This document shows, in pieces, positions 57,625 through 64,000 of a stretch of 64,000 nucleotides of DNA (its first letter is position 1; every line of letters begins with the position of its first letter). The notes under the pieces were generated by a model. The model was given only the letters and a program-made list of their open reading frames with translations. It searched no databases and had not been told where the DNA came from. The position numbers and the translations under genes were made by a program. This stretch comes from an uncultured Gammaproteobacteria bacterium. Its GTDB lineage: Bacteria > Patescibacteriota > Patescibacteriia > Magasanikbacterales > GWA2-37-8. The stretch lies in NCBI GenBank assembly GCA_964444705.1, contig CAYUHX010000002.1, positions 22,869 through 86,868 of the forward strand. Direction: 5' to 3'.

Positions 57625-58272
57625 TTAAAGATGTGAAAAACGCGCGCTCCAGGCTTCAGGGTCAGCACTCCAATTAAGCGCTTGTTCTTTTTCTTGAGAG
57701 TTTAAGTAGTGTTCAGTTGTTGCGGTGTCTAATAAAGTAGAAAAATTACTGAGAGTATACAGATTAATATTTTTTTCGGCAAATGCTTTTTTTGCCTGGC
57801 TCATTTGATAGTCAAAAATTGCAATCACATCAGTGACAATCGCAGTGCGTTCATTCATGCATGCGGCGGCAGATTTGAGCGAGCTACCTCCTGTTGAAAT
57901 CAGATCTTCCACGATGAGCACGCGCGCACCATTTTTTAGTGCGCCCTCCACTTGTTTTCCTTTACCATGATCTTTAGGTTCTGGACGAATATATACCATT
58001 GGTTTGTTGAGTGTGTAGGCTAAAAAAGATGCCCAAGGCACGGCAGCTAGAGCAGTTCCTCCTATGACATCAAATTCAATCTTTTTTTCTTCAATAAGAC
58101 GAACAAAACCATTAATTATTTTTTTTCGTTCTTCGGGGAAAGAAATAAGTAGGCGATTGTCACAGTAAATAGGTGATTTTAGTCCGGATGACCAGGTGTA
58201 CGGTGGGTTCGTGCTGAGAGTAACCGCTTTGGCGCTAAGAAGAATATGGGCGATTTCTTGGTCTATAGACAT
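57625..58272 (-). CDS. pyrE: orotate phosphoribosyltransferase
   Basis: WSSGLKSPIYCDNR, KDHG, VEDLISTGGS. Confidence 0.95.
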   Translation of the reverse strand: MSIDQEIAHILLSAKAVTLSTNPPYTWSSGLKSPIYCDNRLLISFPEERKKIINGFVRLIEEKKIEFDVIGGTALAAVPWASFLAYTLNKPMVYIRPEPKDHGKGKQVEGALKNGARVLIVEDLISTGGSSLKSAAACMNERTAIVTDVIAIFDYQMSQAKKAFAEKNINLYTLSNFSTLLDTATTEHYLNSQEKEQALNWSADPEAWSARFSHL

Positions 58273-58290
58273 AGGTGTATGTATATAAAA

Positions 58291-58548
58291 TTATAATGCT
58301 CCCTCTTTTTTTAAAATAGAAATTTTTGTGTTTTCACCGCGATTGTAGCCGCCAGTTTTTCCATCAGAGCGCACTACCCGGTGACAAGGAATAGTGGGGT
58401 CAAAATTTTTATTTAAAATATTTCCCACCGCGCGATAAGCCCCCGGTCGCCCAGCGGCATCAGCTACTTGTTTGTAGGTGAGGGTTTTTCCTTTGGGAAT
58501 TTTTTTCACTACCGAGTAAACTGATTTGGTGAAAGAAACTTTTTCCAT
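58291..58548 (-). CDS. O6-alkylguanine DNA alkyltransferase, single domain
   Basis: IPKGKTLTY, RAVG, IPCHRVV. Confidence 0.88.
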   Translation of the reverse strand: MEKVSFTKSVYSVVKKIPKGKTLTYKQVADAAGRPGAYRAVGNILNKNFDPTIPCHRVVRSDGKTGGYNRGENTKISILKKEGAL

Positions 58549-58614
58549 ACGTTATGTGATTGGTTGATAGATGTTAAAAAATTTCTGTCACACATACAAA
58601 GTAAAAAACTTATT

Positions 58615-59361
58615 TTAGTTAGGTAGTTCGTTTTTTTTAACTGTATGACCATTGTCCATATTTTCCATTACAGCAGCTATTTCTTTATCAAGAAGTCTGA
58701 TTTTTTCTTCCTCATCTTGTTCAATTTGCCGAATGGTTTCTGGATCAAGCGAATCACGAAGAGCTGCCAGTTTATTTAGTTCTTCTTTATAAGTTGGGGT
58801 GGTGCCGAGAATTGTATCTCTCAATTTTTGCGCTCTCCTATCTCCTTCAAAATTTTCTGAGCTCGTTTTTATGCCTACACTTTTAAGAAGTTGTGCTTGA
58901 TTCCATACTTCTTTTGTATTATTTGAACTTTTTGGAAATGCTGCATCGTAGCGTATATCGTCTGCGGCATCAAGATCTTGCCAGCTTGCGCGGTGAAATT
59001 TAAGAGGTTCTGCGGCAGGATCTAATTCAGCAGAATCAATTGAGCGATATTTATTGTGTGAAGGAGGGTGATTTATAGTTTTTTTGGTTTCATTTATTAT
59101 ACGCGCTTCTGCTTTTTGTAAATTTTCTTCTGCAAGAACAGAGTCTTGAAGGTCAAAGACGCGTAGATCTCCTTGTCGTTTTGCATCGAAACTGGTCGCT
59201 ATACCGACACCATCGAGAAGTTCTCGATGTTTTTTTCTAGCCTCATCAGCTGAATTTTCTGGATCAAGTCTGAGGTTTTGAAGTCGATCGTTCTGTTCTC
59301 GAATCATATCGGCTGCTTTTAAAGCATCCTGTGAAGCTCGAGGGTTAATTTCTCCAATCAT
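58615..59361 (-). CDS. hypothetical protein
   Basis: Charged helical ORF inside the pyr cluster; internal repeat GVGIATS / SVGIKTS. Confidence 0.6.
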   Translation of the reverse strand: MIGEINPRASQDALKAADMIREQNDRLQNLRLDPENSADEARKKHRELLDGVGIATSFDAKRQGDLRVFDLQDSVLAEENLQKAEARIINETKKTINHPPSHNKYRSIDSAELDPAAEPLKFHRASWQDLDAADDIRYDAAFPKSSNNTKEVWNQAQLLKSVGIKTSSENFEGDRRAQKLRDTILGTTPTYKEELNKLAALRDSLDPETIRQIEQDEEEKIRLLDKEIAAVMENMDNGHTVKKNELPN

Positions 59362-59373
59362 ATAGATGTTTAA

Positions 59374-60483
59374 TTATTTAGAAATATTTTTTAAAGTGTT
59401 GTGGTAATTTGTTGCAAGGTATGGATTCCACATCATGCCCGTGGCGACGAGTGCATATTCTGCTCCGGCGTGGATAAATTCATCAAAATGCTTCGGTTCG
59501 GTGATGCCACCAACGCCAATGAGAGTTAAACCAAGCTTCTCTTTATCAATTAGACTACGCGCTTCACGGACAAAATCAAGCGCCGCGGCGCGTATAGGGC
59601 CACCACAGATACCGCTGCTGAGCCGGCCTTCGCCTAGGGCTGGAAGGCCGTCAGTGGTAACCACTTTGCGCCCCACGGTGTTGATGCCCTCGATTGCTCG
59701 CACCCCAGCGCGGGCTGCAGCGACAAACACTTTTTTCATGAGCACCTTGTCGGGATATACACCAACTTTAATGATAAGTGGAATATCAATTCCCAGCGCT
59801 TTTACCAGCTTCTCGCTTATTTCTGCAACCGTGTCGGGATTGGTGAAAATGCTACCCTCACCACTACATACATTGGGACAAGAAAAATTAGCTTCGATGA
59901 TTTCGGCACCAGCCTCTTTGGCAATCATCGCTGCAGCGATAAAATCAGCGACAAAATCTTCACCTTCGCGTGGTGTGCCAACAACGGACACAATCAACAC
60001 CTGTCCGGGGAGGAGTGCTTTTTTAGCGCGGGCAATATCTTCTAAAAGAAAGGCGCGGTCATATGAAGGCATGCCAAACGAATTAGTGACCGCGAGTTCG
60101 GCCATAGAGTTGGGTAAGTCGCTCGTGGCAGAAAGTGTGGCAGAAGTTTCTCGAATATCGGTTGCGCCTTTCATATCGACATAGAGCATGTTCGGCAGTG
60201 GGTGCCCTGTCTGCGTCTGGCTGCGAATGGTTTTGTAGGTGACAATGTCAAAGCCGAGCTGGCTGGCAAGCGTCGTCCATTTTGAATTTAAAAGAGGGCC
60301 AGCAGGCACGCCAATCCGTGACGCAATGCGGTGGCCTAAAAAATCAATCCATTTTTCTTTTGGTGGAAAGATTCGTTCGGGAATGTGTCCGTCAAAAAAT
60401 GGGCCGTACTCAGCGTTATCGTGGTAACTTTTATTAATATCGTACAAAGGTGGATGAGATGGAAACCAGTTGAAAATAGACAT
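59374..60483 (-). CDS. pyrD: dihydroorotate dehydrogenase-like flavoprotein
   Basis: TYKT, TNSFGMPS, EANFSCPN, INT, GVGGI; located in the pyr cluster. Confidence 0.8.
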   Translation of the reverse strand: MSIFNWFPSHPPLYDINKSYHDNAEYGPFFDGHIPERIFPPKEKWIDFLGHRIASRIGVPAGPLLNSKWTTLASQLGFDIVTYKTIRSQTQTGHPLPNMLYVDMKGATDIRETSATLSATSDLPNSMAELAVTNSFGMPSYDRAFLLEDIARAKKALLPGQVLIVSVVGTPREGEDFVADFIAAAMIAKEAGAEIIEANFSCPNVCSGEGSIFTNPDTVAEISEKLVKALGIDIPLIIKVGVYPDKVLMKKVFVAAARAGVRAIEGINTVGRKVVTTDGLPALGEGRLSSGICGGPIRAAALDFVREARSLIDKEKLGLTLIGVGGITEPKHFDEFIHAGAEYALVATGMMWNPYLATNYHNTLKNISK

Positions 60484-60492
60484 AAAAAACCA

Positions 60493-61104
60493 TTAGGTGG
60501 CTAGATCACGCTGGCTATAGCCTTGTTTTCTTAAAGCAAGAAAGACAGGAAGTAAATAAATGTTGAGTGCATTAAGGGCGTCTCGAGATAGAGCTGCTTG
60601 ATTTTTATCAATGGCGTGACTTCGTTCGTCAATTAAGCGTTTTATTTCATCGCTCGACCGGTTGCACGCAACAAGAGTAGTATCAATTTCTCTCAAAAAT
60701 TCTTGATTATTTTGTCCTATTCGTCTTGGGCTTGAGGAAGTATTTTTTTCTTTTTTCATTTGAGTGTCTGGTTCTTTTTCTTCTAAGAGAAAGCGAGTAG
60801 AATTTAGTTGGTGTGAAAAATAGCAATGAAAATTATTAAGCCAGCGTGCTAAAATACGCAATCGGACACTTTTTTCATCTGGTGGCATGCCTACATCGCT
60901 CAGTGTCATACCCTGCTTGGCGAGAGTTTTATTGATCAATTCTTCTGATGCCAGTTGGTCTTCTTCAGTTTTTCTTAATTCCTCAATAATTGTTTTGGGA
61001 AGTGTAGTGGGAATATCCGGACAAAGTGAATAAAGCCACTCGGGCGTTGGTGCAGATTCTTTTTCTAAAAGATGCACAATTTCTAGCGGGTTTTGTTCAC
61101 TCAT
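60493..61104 (-). CDS. hypothetical protein
   Basis: Start MSEQNP overlaps the pyrC stop. Confidence 0.55.
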   Translation of the reverse strand: MSEQNPLEIVHLLEKESAPTPEWLYSLCPDIPTTLPKTIIEELRKTEEDQLASEELINKTLAKQGMTLSDVGMPPDEKSVRLRILARWLNNFHCYFSHQLNSTRFLLEEKEPDTQMKKEKNTSSSPRRIGQNNQEFLREIDTTLVACNRSSDEIKRLIDERSHAIDKNQAALSRDALNALNIYLLPVFLALRKQGYSQRDLAT

Positions 61105-62297
61105 AAGGTAGCAAGAGACAGGTATAGAGTAGGAAAAGATAGTGCGGTGGGCCAACCTTGTATGTCTTTTTCTGCAAATGGTGACCAGTGACATTTTGTT
61201 TTTAAATTTTCATTTTTAATTTTCTTTTTTAAATTTAGATCGACAATTACCCACTCGTTTGTTTCAGGTAGATTGAAAATTTTTTGTGGATTGGTGTGGG
61301 TAAGGGCAACAATTTTTTCGAGAGTAATTTTTCCTTTATGGTATGCATTAAGAAGAAGGGGAAGAGTGGTTTCAATGCCGGGTACGCCAGAAGGAGAAGC
61401 GGGGTACTCTACATTTTTTTCGGCAAGAGTGTGGGGAGCATGGTCTGAGCCAATGGTATCGATCGTGCCATCCTGCACCGCTTCCCAGAGTGCGTCTTGA
61501 TCTTCATTTGTGCGAAGGGGTGGATTCATTTGGGCGAGCGTGCCAAGTCGGTCGTAATCGTCAACCGTGAGGAAAAGATGGTGAGGGGTGGTTTCAGCGT
61601 ATACGCGCACGCCACGTTTTTTGGCAGCTCGGATGAGCGAAAGCTCTTCTTTAGTGCTGATGTGTAGAAGATAGAGCGAAGAAGAAAATTGTTCTGCGAG
61701 CTCAATGGCGCGGGCAACACCAGTGGCTGCCACTGTGTTTGAGCGAATGAGTGAATGGTCTGAAGTGGTTGGAGAAGGATGCGTGAGTTTGTTGGCGTTA
61801 ATCAGCGCCTCGTCTTCGGCATGGGCAACAATGGGTAAGTTGAGTTCGTGTGCAAGAGCAAATATTTTTTCTTGATCAGATTTTTTATCAACGAGCAAAG
61901 TGCCGGTGCTCGAGCCCATAAAAATTTTAATTCCAATTACTTCATTTTTACATTTACGTATCTCATCGGCGTTATTTGTAGTTGCACCAATGTAAAAATA
62001 CGGATGAATTGGGTAGAGAGAATTTTTGAGTAATTCATGTATCTGTTGTTTTTTTTGCTTGAGAAGGTCATAGGTAGTGATACTTGGCACATTATTTGGC
62101 ATATCACAGACTGTTGTCACACCGCCTGCGTGTGCGGCCATAGTTCCGCTCAACCAATCTTCTTTATATTCTTGGCCTGGTGTACGAAAATGTACATGGC
62201 AATCAATGAGTGCGGGTAGGGTGATATGGTGTTCTGTGAGCTCATTAACAATGTGTGGTAAAGAAATAGTTTTTCCGTGGTAGGTTTTAATCTGCAT
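61101..62297 (-). CDS. pyrC: dihydroorotase
   Basis: DCHVHFRTPG, DMPN, HAED, NPPLR, SDHAPH. Confidence 0.93.
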   Translation of the reverse strand: MQIKTYHGKTISLPHIVNELTEHHITLPALIDCHVHFRTPGQEYKEDWLSGTMAAHAGGVTTVCDMPNNVPSITTYDLLKQKKQQIHELLKNSLYPIHPYFYIGATTNNADEIRKCKNEVIGIKIFMGSSTGTLLVDKKSDQEKIFALAHELNLPIVAHAEDEALINANKLTHPSPTTSDHSLIRSNTVAATGVARAIELAEQFSSSLYLLHISTKEELSLIRAAKKRGVRVYAETTPHHLFLTVDDYDRLGTLAQMNPPLRTNEDQDALWEAVQDGTIDTIGSDHAPHTLAEKNVEYPASPSGVPGIETTLPLLLNAYHKGKITLEKIVALTHTNPQKIFNLPETNEWVIVDLNLKKKIKNENLKTKCHWSPFAEKDIQGWPTALSFPTLYLSLATL

Positions 62298-62302
62298 AGA
62301 GT

Positions 62303-62782
62303 TTAGGTGCGATAGTCTTTTATTTCTTTACGCAAGAAGGTGCGCTCGCAGTATTTACAAGTGAGGGTGAGGAGAGTTTTATTAGTTTGTGTGAGGTAGA
62401 AAAAACTATCCATGGGTTCATGGTTGGTGATGCATTTGCCGTTAGGGCAAATGATGAGACGGGTGATATGCGTAGGTACTTCCAAGATAAATTTTTTAAT
62501 AACCGCGTAGTTTTTGATGATATTGACTGTTGCGCCGGGAGAAAGCAGGGCTATTCGTTTACCTTCATCTAAAGTAAGTTCCCAATCTTCAATTTTTATT
62601 AAATCTTTGGTGCCCTTACTTTTGCTTGGCAAATTAATGCCAATAGTAATAATTTTTTCGTGAGTATCTTTTAAATCAAGCAAGTCAACAATTTTAAGTG
62701 CTTGTTTTGATTCAATGTGGTCAATCACCGTGCCGTTTTTAAGTGCGGCAACATGAAGTTTCTTTGGTTCAGGCATACGCAT
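62303..62782 (-). CDS. pyrI: aspartate carbamoyltransferase regulatory subunit
   Basis: NGTVIDHI, KDLIKIE, CPN..CIT, C.YCE. Confidence 0.95.
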   Translation of the reverse strand: MRMPEPKKLHVAALKNGTVIDHIESKQALKIVDLLDLKDTHEKIITIGINLPSKSKGTKDLIKIEDWELTLDEGKRIALLSPGATVNIIKNYAVIKKFILEVPTHITRLIICPNGKCITNHEPMDSFFYLTQTNKTLLTLTCKYCERTFLRKEIKDYRT

Positions 62783-63705
62783 TATTTAATTTTTCCTAAT
62801 ACCAAACCGAGCAATGCTTGTCGCACATAGAGTGCATTTTTTGCTTGCTCAAAATAATATGCTTGGGTCATAGTATCAATTGAGGTGTGAATCTCATTGA
62901 CGCGCGGTAGTGGGTGTAGAATTTTTAAATTTTTTTTGGTTTTTTCGAGATGCCGAGGATGAAGAATATAAAGATCTTTGAGCTGTTCGTATTCCAAAGG
63001 ATCAGGAAAGCGCTCTGCCTGGATACGCGTCATGTAGACAATATCTACTTCATCGATGATGTCTTCAATCTTTTCGTGACACGAAAATTTAATGCCAGCC
63101 TCACGAAGTGAAGCGCAAATGGCTGCAGGCATAGCGAGTGGTTCGGGCGCAACAAAGTAGAGGCGTGCGTCGAAATGAGTGAGCGCGTGCGCCAGTGAAT
63201 GCACGGTACGCCCATATTTGAGATCGCCAACCATGGCAATTTTTAGGCCAGTCAATTTTTTTTGACATTCTTGAATGGTGTAAAGATCAAGGAGGGTTTG
63301 AGTGGGATGTTGATTGGCTCCATCACCGCAATTGATCACTGGTTTCTCGGTGGCTTCGGCTGCCCGGCGGGCGGCGCCTTCAAGGTAGTGTCGGATGACG
63401 ATGACATCGGCATAGTGGCTCATCATTTTGGTGGTGTCGTAGACCGTCTCGCCTTTTTTGGTTGAAGTGACTCCGGCATCGGCAAATCCCACCACGCGAC
63501 CACCAAGACGTTGCATGGCAGTTTCAAATGACAATCGTGTTCGAGTGGAGGGTTCAAAAAAGCAACTTCCCATAATGAGTCCTTGAAGTAGTTTTGGTCG
63601 AGGACGTTTTCTAATTTCTTTTGCAACGCGAAGAACATGTTCAATTTCTTTTTTTGAAAATTCTTCAATTGAGATGATGTCGCGGTTATGAAATGAAAGT
63701 GTCAT
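62782..63705 (-). CDS. pyrB: aspartate carbamoyltransferase catalytic subunit
   Basis: FFEPSTRTR, HPTQTLLD, HPLPR. Confidence 0.98.
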   Translation of the reverse strand: MTLSFHNRDIISIEEFSKKEIEHVLRVAKEIRKRPRPKLLQGLIMGSCFFEPSTRTRLSFETAMQRLGGRVVGFADAGVTSTKKGETVYDTTKMMSHYADVIVIRHYLEGAARRAAEATEKPVINCGDGANQHPTQTLLDLYTIQECQKKLTGLKIAMVGDLKYGRTVHSLAHALTHFDARLYFVAPEPLAMPAAICASLREAGIKFSCHEKIEDIIDEVDIVYMTRIQAERFPDPLEYEQLKDLYILHPRHLEKTKKNLKILHPLPRVNEIHTSIDTMTQAYYFEQAKNALYVRQALLGLVLGKIK

Positions 63706-63781
63706 ACGATAAAAAAATAGCCACCCTGTTCGGGTGGCCGATTATAGATGAATGGTTTAAATTAAAGATGATTACTCGCAT
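63686..63781 (-). promoter_or_regulatory. putative pyrL-like attenuator (31-aa leader ORF across a terminator)
   Basis: GCCACCC-gaaca-GGGTGGC-TATTTTTTT ends about 5 nt before the pyrB ATG; ORF MRVIIFNLNHSSIIGHPNRVAIFLSYDTFIS reads through it. Confidence 0.55.
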
Positions 63782-64000
63782 GAATTCTTAGTTATCTGTA
63801 TCTGACTCAGTTTATCAGAAGCCACTTATCTGGTCAAACAGGGGTAGTATCCACAGAGGAGTGTTGTGAGGTCATGTATTCTTGCCATGATGTGGGCTCG
63901 ATTATATCGTTATTTACTTCAACTAAACAGCGTAAAAATAATTGAGCAATAGGTAAATTTGTGATGAGAGGAATTTTGTGGTCAATGGCCTGGCGGCGAA

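Noticed and set aside
1-64000. CRISPR array, prophage, IS element, rRNA, retron or DGR
   Set aside because: No regularly spaced direct repeats, phage genes, transposase, rRNA-like sequence or reverse-transcriptase motifs were seen.

Overview
This window is AT-rich bacterial chromosome (about 40% GC in sampled lines, genetic code 11). Gene content and Shine-Dalgarno-less A/T-rich '...tATG' starts suggest a Patescibacteria/CPR organism (inference). Housekeeping genes include sod, tRNA-Gly, a BlaI/BlaR-Dsb-VKOR locus, recA, ftsK, rpoB-rpoC, yebC-ruvC, trxB-rpe-rpiB, ileS, ruvA and a pyrB-pyrI-pyrC-pyrD-pyrE-pyrF cluster. The most unusual signal is nine dispersed single-gene units that differ from the rest of the genome. 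They are GC-rich (about 68% in a sampled line of the 6350 gene) and have clear Shine-Dalgarno sites. Several have AT-rich promoters and terminators. Six are followed by a ~57-63 nt hairpin of conserved shape but different sequence, with a 3-5 nt C-rich bulge on the gene-proximal arm. Four encode lipoproteins; two others encode a CHAT protease-TIR fusion and a tandem SLATT protein, beside a native-style tandem-TIR gene. Other notable items: a ~200-nt 6S-like RNA divergent from rpoB, an unannotated 51-aa hyperacidic protein, four heptamer-repeat tracts inside ileS, and a pyrL-like attenuator. All domain calls come from motif recognition by eye; no database search was run.
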